Below, one piece after another: positions 28,901 to 41,229 of a DNA stretch of 64,000 nt (within the stretch, counting starts at the first letter, position 1; each line of letters opens with the position of its first letter). The DNA is from Phoronis australis (taxonomy: Eukaryota; Animalia; Phoronida): contig NMRA01000568.1 in NCBI GenBank assembly GCA_002633005.1, forward strand, positions 62,001-126,000, in the 5' to 3' direction. Below the pieces are notes generated by a model. The model did no database searches. It had not been told where the DNA came from and saw only the letters and a program-made list of their open reading frames with translations. Position numbers and translations under genes: made by a program.

Positions 28901-31900
28901 GACTTGACGCCATATTTAAGTGTCTCCTTGCAGTCACTCAAGATCTGCTCCAGAGGTTGCGGCTCATCTGGTATATCTAAACAGTGATCCAGTATCTCTC
29001 TCAGCTGGTGTGGGTGGTGGAAGTCCACAACCTTCTGACCACGGTCCACATTCTTGCGGATGTACTCGACCAAGACGTCGACCAGCTGCTTGAGGAAGTG
29101 CTCAGTCTTCTTGTCTTCATCGGACGCCGGCACCAGTTCTGTTGGAAGAGGGCGTTAAGGTCATGCCGGACCCCAGAAAAACTTGGAATATCAGAAGTGG
29201 GTGAAAGGATTCATTCGAAACTTTCAGTTCTCGTGATTTTTATGCAGTGTTTTGCAAAATGATGCTAGTACTTTTTTCAAAATGTTCCACTTTTGGATGA
29301 GGGACTATGAAAAACAGGATTTGTATGATTTTTGTGAAAAAACGAAAATGAAACAATAATTCAGGAAACCGTAACAGCTTTTTTGAGATTTTATCTTTTG
29401 AACATTTCTACAGAACATTTCTACAGAACATTTCTACAGAACATTTCTACAGAATCATGCAAAATGTTAGTCATATAATTAATCCTGTTGTTTTGTAATA
29501 AAGTACCTTTCCTTTTTGATAGATGTTACTAAAATGCATGATCACGTGAGCTTGTTAACGGCAGTCAACAATCAAATTCTACTTAATTTCAGCTTTCAAT
29601 AAACATATCCTTTAACTCATCTCAATTCTATAGTTTTGTAGATATTTAGCTCAATCATACACAAACGTGTCAACAAGGCCTAACATAACCTTAACGCGTA
29701 CCCATAGGTCTGAATATAGCTTTATTGATAGCAAGCATGTTGTTTGATTTGGAAACATTATAAAGAGTATGGATAACATGTGTCTTCTTTCCTATGGTGG
29801 GTCGTTGAGGGAAATGTTTCGCCGTAAAATTACGCTCGTAATTACGAGCGTAAGTTAAATTGCAAAAGTGTTGCAGTAAAATTACGCCCGTAAATTAAAT
29901 GGGGGAAATGTCGCCGTAAATTAGGCTCGTAAAATACCCTCGCTGGTTCCCTGCGTGCCGCTAGGTGGGGCGGTAGCCGCGCCAGCACGCAGGTATCACT
30001 TAAATTTCCTCTGTAAATTTTTTTACACCGGCGTTTCTGATTGGCTAGTCGATTCGTCAACANGGAAATGTCGCCGTAAATTAGGCTCGTAAAATACCTT
30101 AAGAACGTTCCAAATTTAAACCAATCAGTGATGACATAACATACACGACTGTTGCTAGGCAGCTCGTTCTTGCACAATCGCTGACATGGCAGCAGCGATT
30201 TTATCCGCCATGATTCAGCGCTGGTATCGTAGACATGAAATCCTTCAGTAAATAAGTATTTCCAAGAGCGCGCTCGATCGTGGATTGTAAAACCCAACGT
30301 CATTGGCTAAGAGTTTAAACTAAATTACGAGCGTAATTTTACGCCGTAAAGAATTAAATCACGCTCGTAATTTTACGGCGTAATTAACGGCGTAAATAAC
30401 GGCGTAATGTACACAATTACGCTCGTATTTTTTCGGCGATACTTTCCCCCCAACGGCCCATCATACTTTCCATGACGACGCCATTACACATTTGCATTCA
30501 GAAATATTTTGGTTACAATTATTGTGCTCTATAATTAATTTACGAACGAATAAAGATTGATAATTGATAATGCATTAGAGAGAACTGATATTGGCTCATG
30601 TTAAACATAAAATGTGGATCGGAGGTTCAGTCACCGTACTCAAACTCTAACATTTGCAATTTTCATTCTAGTTTAGTACATGTATGAATTTCTGGTAAAT
30701 GTCTATTATACAATTTACGTGGGTGTATGTCTAGTTTTTAGTCTCGAAATTTTGAGTTTGAACTCACGTTTAAAACTCAAATCGTGGTGATAACGTCGTG
30801 TCAACCTGCTATAGATTCATGTATTTAAACCACAGGGTGCTCCAGCACACAACCATAAACAAATACTTCGTAATAATGTAAAATAAAAATGTGAAAATTA
30901 AGTTCAACTTCAACTTTGTTTGATGTTAACTTTATTACGGGTTAATTCTTTTCAAATACGAAAGTTGTAACAAAATCACTCCTCATTTTCTTTTTTTAAT
31001 ATAGACATGACCATCATAGCTCTGTACTTTGGTTAATAGTTTATGAACTATTGTAAAGGACAAAGTCTGCGGAATTATTCAAATACTTACACAGCTTCAA
31101 ACGTCTTTTTGCAAATCTGCCTCTACAAAGTTCGTTAAGCCTCATTCATTTTGAGTTAGAACCTCATCAGCTTGTTTGCGTATTTAGCCAAATATCTCCA
31201 AAGTATAGATTTTAAATAAGTGAAAATATATTTTATGTAGAAAGTCTTTAAAATTTGATTTCTTAGTTTATTTTTATTTTATACCAATGTGCTATTAATA
31301 TTATCTAGTCATTATGTCTTTGAAGTGAACTTGAGCCAAAAGAAAATTACTCCCATAGCACAGGTACACCCATAGCACAGGTACACCCATAGCACAGGTA
31401 CACCCATAGCAACAGTACATCCATAGCAAACTAACGGTACCAATATCATGGCAAACTTTCCTATGATATAAAAGTTCAACATGAAATCGTAAAAAAGCTG
31501 TTTCATTTTTTAAAATTTTTAATTTGTTTTCGTTTAATGCTTCTTTTGAGTTTTTATACAAATCATAAAATTCTTATTTTTGATAGCACCCCATGCAAAA
31601 CTGGAACGCTTCGAAAACAAATCCTAAAAATATTTTGAGAACAGTATACAACGTATAGCATCTGGAAGTTTGACACAAATCATAATAGCCATCTCTGAAA
31701 ATGAAGTCGTCCAAGTTTGATCATGTTTATAGAGACCTATGTAACCTTAACAATAACAATGAAATTATCATTGCTGTGAATCGTGTACTTTCAAGTTTGA
31801 ACAAATGATGCGTAGTTATGGCACGTAAAAACCAAGTGTTTAAATGTGTAAACTTAATAAGTGCCTTGCTCAACACTTACTGTAGTTGTGCAGTCTTGCA

Positions 31901-32125
31901 CCGTTACTCACCACTGGCATAAGTTTTCTCGAACTCTGACCAATCTGGCTCTGGACCATCATCTATGTGAGACACACTTTTGCTGCGGTAGTTGATATTT
32001 TTTTTTGCTCGTTGGTGGTGGCGCTGCTGTCTGCTTGATTTTGCATCGAGATTTCCCATCATCTTCACCAGGTCGGCGTCCATCTTGCAGTTGCTACAGC
32101 TAGCGTTGTCCGAGATTGAAGACAT
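13810..32125 (-). CDS. GAD: Glutamate decarboxylase (PLP-dependent group II), complete, 13 coding exons, 560 aa
   Basis: Exons 31912-32125, 28899-29138, 27889-27979, 26546-26652, 25717-25832, 25211-25290, 21784-21955, 19711-19775, 19276-19354, 18802-19001, 16170-16224, 14306-14395 and 13810-13983 all have GT-AG ends and matching phases, and sum to 1683 nt. Motifs: [50 protein letters not shown] favour GAD over CSAD/GADL1. Confidence 0.95.
14306..14395 (-). CDS. GAD: GAD exon 12 ([13 protein letters not shown]...)
   Basis: TNVCFWY motif; AG/GT ends. Confidence 0.95.
14906..15064. repeat. 17-bp minisatellite (TTTTCACCACCAAACTG)
   Basis: Direct inspection. Confidence 0.95.
15122..15400. repeat. 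30/31-bp minisatellite (AATATG[T]CCGCTAGCGTTGTACGGTAGTTAC)
   Basis: About 9 copies. Confidence 0.95.
16170..16224 (-). CDS. GAD: GAD exon 11 ([18 protein letters not shown])
   Basis: 55 nt; phases fit both neighbours; TAG/GTGAGT. Confidence 0.88.
18802..19001 (-). CDS. GAD: GAD exon 10 (GMLADAN...IFDMAR)
   Basis: [29 protein letters not shown]. Confidence 0.96.
19276..19354 (-). CDS. GAD: GAD exon 9 ([13 protein letters not shown]...), PLP-binding lysine
   Basis: NPHK motif; AG/GT ends. Confidence 0.96.
19711..19775 (-). CDS. GAD: GAD exon 8 ([10 protein letters not shown]...DGIER)
   Basis: Manual translation; 65 nt; AG/GT ends. Confidence 0.95.
20258..20704. repeat. 30/31-bp minisatellite with a higher-order triplet
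   Basis: TAGTGTGTACTAGAGTACTAATT... units. Confidence 0.9.
21784..21955 (-). CDS. GAD: GAD exon 7 (GKMIVANL...LWLHVD)
   Basis: Within ORF 21646-22062; AG/GT ends. Confidence 0.95.
21992..23916. mobile_element. P-like non-autonomous DNA element, copy A (inverted relative to copy B), in GAD intron 6
   Basis: 72-bp TIRs; 8-bp TSD CATAATAC (21984-91 and 23917-24); near-identical to the reverse complement of 50843-51776 and 55014-55209; spans an N gap. Confidence 0.88.
22456..22764. mobile_element. TTAA-inserted element (Kolobok-like AGG terminus) nested in copy A, running into the gap
   Basis: Homology to copy B stops exactly at TTAA 22452-55, after which AGGCGAAGGCAACCC begins. Confidence 0.6.
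25090..25191 (+). mobile_element. LINE/SINE 3' tail ending in (TAAA)n
   Basis: GGCCCCCATGGAAAGCAG...GCTACCCTC followed by (TAAA)5. Confidence 0.4.
25211..25290 (-). CDS. GAD: GAD exon 6 (SHFSFKKAG...VKTDE)
   Basis: Manual translation; 80 nt; AG/GT ends. Confidence 0.93.
25717..25832 (-). CDS. GAD: GAD exon 5 (GGAMSNLY...VIFTSEH)
   Basis: Manual translation; 116 nt; AG/GT ends. Confidence 0.93.
26546..26652 (-). CDS. GAD: GAD exon 4 (FTYEVAPVF...DGIFSP)
   Basis: Manual translation; AG/GT ends. Confidence 0.95.
27207..27750. mobile_element. Kolobok-like MITE family, copy 4
   Basis: TTAA-GGAGGCCTGGAACGCGAAAA ... TTTCGCTTTTCATGCCTCT termini. Confidence 0.7.
27889..27979 (-). CDS. GAD: GAD exon 3 ([14 protein letters not shown]...TNTNM)
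   Basis: Manual translation; 91 nt; AG/GT ends. Confidence 0.95.
28899..29138 (-). CDS. GAD: GAD exon 2 (LVPASDED...LKYGVKS)
   Basis: [11 protein letters not shown] and LEQILSDC motifs; AG/GT ends. Confidence 0.93.
29401..29453. repeat. 13-bp tandem repeat (AACATTTCTACAG), 4 copies
   Basis: Direct inspection. Confidence 0.9.
29793..30465. mobile_element. IS3EU-like MITE in GAD intron 1
   Basis: TIRs TATGGTGGGTCGTTG and (rc) TATGATGGGCCGTTG; 6-bp TSD CTTTCC (29787-92 and 30466-71); internal TTACGCTCGTAA repeats; contains an N join. Confidence 0.75.
31352..31428. repeat. 17-bp tandem repeat (CCCATAGCACAGGTACA)
   Basis: About 4 copies. Confidence 0.85.
31912..32125 (-). CDS. GAD: GAD exon 1 (MSSISDNA...FEKTYAS)
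   Basis: ATG at 32125; phase-1 GTGAGT donor joins in frame to (E)LVPASDED. The N-terminus is poorly conserved, so the start is inferred. Confidence 0.75.
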
Positions 32126-32169
32126 CTTATGAACACAAAACACAAAGGAGTGGTAGGCGTAACCGTGTC

Positions 32170-32175
32170 TTTATA
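32170..32175 (-). promoter_or_regulatory. Candidate TATA box for GAD
   Basis: TATAAA 45 nt upstream of the putative ATG; based on position only. Confidence 0.3.
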
Positions 32176-35100
32176 GAAATACACTTTCCACGGAGTGGAA
32201 CCCTTACCACGGGTGGGGACCTCTTGCTAAACAACACAAAACACCACGCACTGCAAGAGTACTTAGAACGCACAAAGAATCTTTACCACAGAGGCTGACT
32301 GACTACTACTACAACCAGGCGAGGCACATTTACCAAAGACAATTGTGGGCAAGCTTCATTAGTGAGATTCTTTGTGCGTGGTAAGGTTTCCTCCTGTGAG
32401 TGATTAGCGTTTGTGACGAACAGTAAGGCCTCGGCTAGGGTGGCATGGATTTTACGTCCGTAGTAAGTGTTTACTGCCCATTGTGAGACAAAAAGACAAA
32501 TACAAGTACATTTAAAGCGAATGTCAAATTAGATGTATATGCGTTACACATAAATGTCGCGAACTTGGAACCTGCGACCAATAGCTCGTGTTTTTAAAGG
32601 TAGCGATATATTTAAGGTGCATGACCCGAGCTCTATTTTGCTGAGTAATTCGTGTTTAAGGCCAGTCAAGTTTACTCAAGGTTCATGACCTGCATTTTGT
32701 GTTTCCCAACCGTAATGATATTCTCTCCAGTAACTTGCGCTTTTAATATGCAAAACACCTTGTTTGTGCTTATAATATAATACGTATTTGTTACGTGGTT
32801 TAAATAAATTTTAACTTTCACTTTGAAATAATGTTGCCTTTCATTAACGCTATTTAATTGAAGACAGTTCATCCCCGATTGGCACAGCAAGCACGTCTTA
32901 AGATTGATGTTATGCTACCGAAAGACACCCGAGAGTACACGCACACCTGTATGACCTGCGTGTTTGTCTTCATTTTTTTGGTCTAAATTGCTAAAGAACA
33001 GGTAGTATTACTAATAGTGTTTTCATAAAAACTGGAACGTGAAAACTGCAAGCAGCAACAAACAACTACGCATGCCATGTTCTTCAGTATTCCATTTAAA
33101 TTTGGCTACCAACGGATGTTAATTGCGTATTGCTCTATTAACTAACTAACGGGAAGAGTCTGCGGTATTTAAAAATGGCAAAAGGGGCCAAAATTATTCA
33201 GAATATGTTGGATACTTCCTTACATTTGTGACCTGTAAAATGTCATTTTGTAAAATAAAGAGTGCGACACATCTGTGTTGCTTGCTCGTGAACTTTTGAA
33301 CCTAGAATTTTAAAATAGCACCACCCTGAAGCTCGAGGTAGCATTGGAAATCCAAGTTTTTGATTCGCAGTTCCTCCAGTCACCAAATGCCTATTTTATC
33401 GGAATGAAGACGAAGGCATACGCAACAACCCTATAGTTGCCGAGTAACTTGCCTAAGCGCAGATCACCTTTGCTTCTTTAGCAGATTTTGTAAGGAGTTT
33501 CTACATTTGGTCCAAACTTTTGAGGTTTGACAAGAGTTACAGATCCTCATTTTGTTGGATGGGGAAGTCTTTATTAACACCTGTTAAAAGGCTAAAACTA
33601 GGTTTAACAGCCTTTTAAGTATTTCAACCTCTTATATGTGCATCGACGTGTTACATTTCATAAAGTAATGTAGATTGCCCCGAAACTCAAGCATATATTT
33701 TGAACAAATAAAACTTCAGAAATGCTCGCGACTCTTAGAAACAAGTCTAATATTTTTTTATAAAACCAAAATATGATTTTCTTTTTTTGCATATATGATA
33801 AAGGAGGTTATGGCGGGCGTAAATGAACTATTTGCTAGCTACACGTCTTGATGGCAACATATTATACTGTACAAAACAAAATCAATTCTTTAGGTAAGCC
33901 CCATTATGGAATTCGTTGTCACAAATCTACATTCGTTGTCTGCTCTTGTGTTTTGAATTTAATCAGTTGCTCGTAACACAAAACAAATCAAAAACATCCG
34001 TACATTAAGACTTTTTCAAAAAACAATCCCATGTCTTTTTACGTGTCATTTTCATTTTCGTTTCGTCAAAATTAATACAAGAGGTCGTCTTTGAACAGTG
34101 AAGATGAATTTCGCACCAGTTTGGGCAATATTTTTTATTAAATAACAAAGTAAGAAATGAAAAATCACAATTTTAATTATTTTTTTACTTTACTACCTGA
34201 ATTAGTACTTGATTAGTTGAACAGCTCTACGAAACAGATCATTGGATCTCTGTCTTAAGTAAACTGATTAAATTGAACTTACTGTCAGATTTATTCCACC
34301 GCCAGTAAGATTTTCTTCGACTGTTGATTATTGAATCTGCCGGTCTTCTTAAGCCTTAACTCACGTCACGTGGTTATCTTAACTCACGTCACGTGTTTAT
34401 TTCCCATCGCTTCTGTACCTTCGTAGCTCATACACGTGGCATGTCATACTTTTGCCAAAGTAACTTTAAAGCTCAATAACTCGTCTTCCATGACACAAAT
34501 ACCGCTCACGGTTATGACGCTGGTCTGAAAGTGTTACTTATACATGTGTAACTAAATTGGAGACAATTTCAAGGTCTTTTTCATGAAAAGTGACATAAAT
34601 TTGTCCTAACGCTCCTCACAACTATTTATTAAAATAGTTTTAGACCAAATATACATGACCACACTGTCACGATATATAATTATGAGCCACTGTGATGTAA
34701 TTCTTGACCAACCGTGATAATCCATAGCGAAATCGGTGGCAACCATACTCTATCAGTGATGGATCAAACTGCACCATAACTTTCTCGGCAGGTAGTGCCT
34801 CTCTGGGGCAGAATTCATTAAAAACGGCAACATTCGCAGTTGGATACGAAAAATGCAGAAAAAACTTATTCAACAACGAATGTTGAATTTGTTTTTAGCT
34901 AATCAGACGAGGTGTGAATTTGTTTCTTGAGCCGAACTTTCAATTCATTATTGCTCGACGACATCATGGCGAATAAAATGACACGCCGTGACAATAAGTC
35001 AATTTGTAGAGCCAGCAAGTCAGTAGAGCATGGTCTACAGCCGCTATAAGCGCTTGAAGGAGATTATAGAGGTATAAATTTTACATGATTGCACGTTTTC

Positions 35101-35547
35101 AAAAAAAAAACAATAAGTTTAAACTCGCAATGTCCACGTAACTTCCGAAGATGTTGGACGAGAATGGGACCAACAAATGTACAGTCGAATCAATATGGCA
35201 CGTCTATTTCGAAAATCAACTCTTGCCTTATTTGCTCTCTCTAATAAGATACTCAAGATGGTGAAGGAGGCCATGGCCGCGTTCCGGTCTCCAACGCGCA
35301 GTCACCTTCGTGCAAGCCCATCGGATAATACAGTCAAATTCCTGTCGGTATTCCTTTCCTCATTTAGAAAATCAAATGGGTTGACTTGCCTGAAAGTTAT
35401 CGCTCAGTCCTGCCACTTTACTACGAACGAACACCATCGCAGAATACGGTAGCTGGAAAAGGACACGAAAATTTTTCTCCTATCTCGAATGCCTAATGTA
35501 TAAGTCGGGTAGATCTTTCCAGACGAGGTATAAATATGGGTCATATT

Positions 35548-35925
35548 TTAAACAGGCATGGAACGTGAAAGCTCTTAAAAATATCTTTAAAAAATTTTTG
35601 ACAAAAGTTTTATCTCGCAACATCTAGTACAGAGTAGTTCACTTTTCCCTGTGAGGAAATTCACAGAAAAAATAAAAAAAATCACGACTATGGAACTACT
35701 CGCGAAGGAAAAACTCTGTGGTTACCACAGACTTTCTAATTATCCCTCCCACTTATGATAAATGCGCGCGTGCGCTCACAATCAGTTGCTTGAAGTCACT
35801 TGAGCTCAAATGTCACATTTTCCATGAAAAGGAAATGTACTACGTCTATGTCTTACCATACCAAATAAGGAAACGTGTTTTGCTTTGTGGGAGAAAAATC
35901 GATGAAATGGCAAGCAGTTGACATA
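35548..35925. mobile_element. Kolobok-like MITE family, copy 5 (inverted, partial)
   Basis: TTAA-ACAGGCATGGAACGTGAAA terminus; homology to the 8314 copy. Confidence 0.6.
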
Positions 35926-36198
35926 GGCTTGCCCCGCCTCCTCCAATTTCACTCCCCTTCTTCCCGTATTTTTCCAGTGAATGCTCCGGTTCTCGAATTA
36001 TTCTCCTTTTCTTATTATACCCGAATTTTCTTAGTATGCGTATACCGTCTCGGATAAAGTTATAACAGAATCGATGTGACAAATGATTGAAAAGTCACGT
36101 GACCTGTTTCCCGCCAGATGTGCGTTTGAAATTGTGCTGAAGATTTCTCAATTAACTCTCTGTATATAAATCTTACGTTATCTTATACTTCACCCACG

Positions 36199-36992
36199 AT
36201 GAGTGCTGACGAACCAAGAAAGAAGTATGCAAGCAAAGATAGCGCATCCTTAAACAACAGAGCAAAAAAACTTACTCAAACAACCCTTGACTTCCGTCAG
36301 CTTGACCCGCCCCTGTGTGATTCGGACTCAAATGAGGACATTGCAAAGCTCGAAACAGTGCTGACTTCGCCCCAAGTTATTAAAACACTCCGTGAGCAAC
36401 TATTCCAGCCTTCCCTGGATGATATAAAAGCCCACTACGAGTCCATCCTTAACCAGAAAGACAAAGAAATGCAGCGGCTGAATGAGCAGGTCAACAATTT
36501 GTCAGCAAATCTAGACAACCTAAAGTAATACTCGCGTCGCAATAATATAGTTATATATGGAGTCGATGAGCCTGTAAATGAAAAACCTGGAGCCACTGAC
36601 AACATTGTGATCGACTTGGGACGCAAACTGGGTCTTGGAATTAACCCCCAACAAATCAGCAGATCCCACAGACTCGGGCCCAAACTACGTAAACATGGAG
36701 CTAGAGATTCGCGAAAAGATCGCCCTATCATCTGTAAGTTTGTGTCATATAATACCAGAGCTCTTTCCTTCACAATAGAAGTCTACTCCGCAAACTGAAA
36801 TTACCATCGCCGATCTACATCAATGAAAATCTCACGAAACAACGGTCCCTTCTCTACGCCCGCTGTCGCCGCCTTGTACAATCTAAAACGTGGACGCATG
36901 ACGGTAACGTAACAATACAGCTGCATGATAACAGGATAAAGCAGGTTTCCTCAGAAAGTGACCTTCTAGTGTTAGAAAACTGTGAAGTTTAA
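36199..36992 (+). pseudogene. Non-LTR retrotransposon ORF1 (coiled coil, RRM, CTD), disrupted
   Basis: L*YSRRNNIVIYGV, SRSHRLG, RPIICKF, IYINENLT, WTHDG; stop at 36526-28 and a frameshift near 36770. Confidence 0.85.
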
Positions 36993-37060
36993 ATTGTATT
37001 CTGCTCTCTCGTCCTATTGTAGTTCATATCCAATTACTCACTGGCGACATTCCTCACTTT

Positions 37061-38842
37061 TGTTGTATTACTGCAGGTTCACTAGCTAGGCCTCTAGAAG
37101 TACTCACCAGTTAAAACACAGCTATTCAGGCTTCAGTAAAACCCAATCCAGTTGCCCATCCCTGACATTCTGATTGCTTGCTGAAAGACTACCAGCAGGG
37201 TTCCCGCCAGCAGTTTAAATAAAACAAGCATCCGGGGAACCATAAAACTGACAAATCACAAGACACCACAGGAAGGTAAAGGACGAATGATGTTGACGAT
37301 TACAACATTCCCCTCCTCCCTAAAAAAGTGTGGGACCCACCTGGGAATCAACATCATTTGCCAGATACAAAAAATTCCCAAAAATTTAACCATATCCCCC
37401 CTTACCAAAAATAAAGCCACTGCTAAATAGACCTAGAGTGTTAGAATGACAAGGACAGTTCCCCTAGAAGCAGAGAATAACGCACACAGGTTAAATATAG
37501 AAGTGCCAAAAATAATAAAAAGAGTTCAGAATGCCAGCACATCCCAAACACATGAAGTAACTCATAAAAAGAAAACCTATCAGGATTCCAACCCACCCCC
37601 CAGGGCGGGAGAGCAGTCACCTAACGGAAAAAGTTCTCGCTAGGGAGACTCCCCGGACTTGTAGTTGCAAAAGGTATAGAACACGTGCATTTCTAGTGGA
37701 GTTCTCAAAATAAACCCGGCACTAACCATGATACACGCATGCCACCCTTAATTGCTACTAGAATATTATATTTTCACGTGCTTCGGGTGGAGGCCGGGCA
37801 GACATATTCCAACCCGAAGGGAACGCCTTGGACCCAGACCTAAAATGGATGGGTTCACATAGAAATGTGACTGACCCTCCACTAAACATAGGCCTCGTGG
37901 CAACTGGGACGGACATGGAAGTACAGCACCCAGGTTAACCACGCACTAGGGATACGATAATAAATAGGGGAATTAGTTGTAGGGAGAAAGTATTAGGTCA
38001 ATGAAATGGTGTTCAATTCAATGACACAACCAAAACATTGCCTCAGACTAAACTCACCAACTACACGGACGTAATAAATAAATAAATACCAGGGATGTGA
38101 TAATAAATACGGTAAGGGACTTAGGTGTAGGGAGAAAGTATTAGGTCAATGAAATGGTGTTCAATTCAATGACATAACCAAAACACTGCCTAAGCCTAAA
38201 TTCACCAACTATACGGACGTAATAAATAAATAAATACCAGGGATATGATAATAAATAAGGGACTTAGTTGTAGGGAGAAAGTATTAGGTCAATGAAATGG
38301 TGTTCAATTCAATGACATAACCAAAACAATGCCTCAGACTAAACTCACCAACTACAAGGACGTAATAAATAAATAAATACCCCAAAACCCAAAGGATAAA
38401 ATCCCAGTTAAACCACCAACCCCAACAGACCAAGAGACCACTTGGCCACCGTACCAGCAACCCGCTAGCACGATACCACTCCCCTATCCAACCTTCCCCC
38501 CCAGACCTACGGAAAATGCCGTGGTCAGGCAAAGGTTTTCAAGAAAAGTGGTTGAATACTCCTAGAAAAACCTAACCAGTGCCGACTACGCCAAATGTTG
38601 TATTACTGCAGGTTCACTAGCTAGGCCTCTAGAAGTACTCACCAGTTAAAACACAGCTATTCAAGCTTCAGAAAAACCCAATCCAGGTGCCCATCCCTGA
38701 CATCCTGATTGCTTGCTGAAAGACTGCCAGCAGGGTTCCCGCCAGCAGTTTCAATAAAACAAGCATCCGGGGAACCATAAAACTGACAAATCACAAGACA
38801 CCACAGAAAGATAAAGGACGAATTATGTTGACGATTACAACA
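37061..38842 (-). mobile_element. Non-autonomous LTR retrotransposon (Gypsy-type signals, no ORF)
   Basis: 247-bp LTRs TGTTG...CAACA (37061-37307 and 38596-38842, 9 mismatches counted); 4-bp TSD CTTT; PBS 38580-93 matching the tRNA-Ser 3' end (TGCCGACTACGCCA); PPT 37308-37320. Confidence 0.92.
37960..38382. repeat. Three tandem units of about 150 bp inside the LTR element
   Basis: GTAGGGAGAAAGTATTAGGTCAATGAAATGG... at about 37979, 38126 and 38270. Confidence 0.85.
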
Positions 38843-41229
38843 CTTTGTTTGCGTTCACTCACCCAACCCCCCATGTCTTGAAAGGGTCAGGTAATTGTCC
38901 TGTCCACTGATACTTATTCAGTTTTCTCCCTTATGTAATACCAGATCATGCTCAAGTTACCTCTTTATCAGTGGTGATGCACTCTATACAGGTCCGTAGC
39001 GATCACAACACCTTATACTGACCACAGGCAATGGTAATGCATCGAATTCTTAATCTGCATCTAAATCATTCACGTTTGGAGCATGGGTTTTGGTGCTTAT
39101 TGCCTCTTACTGTTTCCCAGTTGCACCCTTACCAAAAATTTGATATAGTATCTTTGCAACTGCCTACAGTATGTATTAATGTGGTATTTTTGGTTGTCGT
39201 TAAAACATGTTTCCCACATTTTTATTGAATGTGTGACGGAATTGTACATTGCATGATATTCACATAAGACAATGATTCTTATATATGAGCTCAGGCCTTA
39301 GTGGCTGACACTTATATAATTATTATTTTTTCTGACTGTTGTGTTTCTCAGAACGTTGATTTTGTGGGCAACTCCATACCAAATTGTCTGTCAGGATAAA
39401 TTTACACGTCACTGATTTTGTGTGGCATTTCTGTTCGGTCATGTTATTGACACCTCTCACTCACTATAATATTGATTTTAATTTCTAGGCACTTGCTCTG
39501 TTCTCTGTCAGTCAGGTGCAGAATCTACAACTACATGTGATTTTTGTTGTGGGTTTCAGAATGATTCCCCATATCATTAATTAGTTATTACTGTTTTAGC
39601 TTGCCCGTGAAAAAACCACGCTGAGCACTGTCACCATAATTTAGTTTATAACTTAGTAATGAGTTTCAAGTTGAAATAATCCCTGTGAAAACTGGTTTTC
39701 AATCTGTGAGAAAGTTTACTTCAATTCAGAAGACACCACCGAACACATGAGCTGATCAGTCATTACTGGGTGGCCTATAGTTGTAAGAACTCATAGCCTT
39801 TTATCAATTCTAAAACGTGTTACAGCTAAGTTATCCAGTAGTGAGAGATCTTCAATACATCTTTTTGTTTTGTTTTCTTTAGCGAATTTTAATGTTCGAA
39901 CTCTTATTTTTCACCTTCATTTGTCCGTTAATGTTTGGTCATATTTCCTCTGTACATATATTTAGGTCAATCATTATCTATGTGTTTTGTATTCACTTGC
40001 AACAGAACTAACTGGTTTCCCAAGATTGAATTTATATGTTGTGCTTTTCAACTAAGTTGCTATTTATGTACCTGCAAGCGAGCCTATGATATAATTTTGC
40101 TTTTTAAAAATGACTCCCCTAATTGTCCAGACTACCTTATTCATTTAACAACCCTTGAATTTTCAACAAGCATTGGTGTATTAATTGTTAAATACGGCTA
40201 TCCTTTGAGTGCCTCGAGTAGTGTGAGTTTCTCTGGTCTTACAATGTTTTACCCCTCATGGTCACAGTTCAATTCTTCTCACCGGCATCGAATTAGATAT
40301 CACGCTATGCGGGTTCAGCTTACTGATGTGTCTTACTATTGTTTACATAACACCTGTATGGATTACGGAATNCCCTGCCCCCCCCCCCCAACTCAAAATC
40401 CTGGATCTGCCCCTGGTGTAATGGCACATGTGGTTGTGTTTCTTTGGCTTTCCATTGGCATCTTTTGAACTTGTAGGCACCACAGCGACTCACTCTGAAC
40501 CTTCTGGCAAGGTAGTACAACCTGGTCAACTTCAGCATTCTGCCAGGGTATTACCAGCTGGACCACAACCTTCTAATAGTGTTGCACCACCCGCAGAGCA
40601 GAATGCTGGACAAATCCCAGGTAATGGTAATTTCTCATCTGCTACGCCATTTGCCCCGGGGTCTGAGCTCAATTGACCCTCCGTATGTAGAGGTAACCTT
40701 GCTGTGGATGGCTAGTAGCAATGAAAGTCATGCAATTTAAGCTGTTTGTGGAAGATGTGTCTGTGCAAGACATGTTTAATGCATACTTAAATTATCAACA
40801 ATGATGTTTAGGTGGTTTCAATCCATCTATGTTTGCCAAAGTTACGATTTGACTGTGTACCTTTGTTTAAAGCCCGTGTGATTTTCCTTGGAAAGGAGGC
40901 TCTAAGTCTGGTTTTGCAGCTACGTAAACAAACGTGCACTGAGAATTTTTGCCAACTATCGCATTAGTACCACTTGGACATTTTAATGTTTAAACTTTTG
41001 ACATGGTGCAACTGACATGGTGCAAGATGATTGGTGTCAAATGACGTTCACACAGCCACATACATTATGCAATTCTGAAACATTGGCAAGGCAAACTTAG
41101 AAAGGAAGGTGGAGTGCATATCCGCAAAGTTGCAAAGGGCCACCCTAAAGTACAAACAATCTTAGCAAATTTATTCTGGTGGAATGAATGTTCGAAACTG
41201 ACACTGTTGCATAGTATTAAAATCATCAT

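Noticed and set aside
31135-31175. CTGATGA on the minus strand as a second hammerhead
   Set aside because: The GAAA core and a convincing stem II are missing.
34357-34400. Duplicated TCACGTCACGTG (CRE/E-box-like) about 2.2 kb upstream of GAD
   Set aside because: A simple 22-bp duplication with no evidence of function.
39590-40950. Faint echoes of the LINE leader peptide (LSLVLQLRKQTCTENF at about 40902; KKPR/EH at about 39610)
   Set aside because: Too short to distinguish from chance without an alignment statistic.
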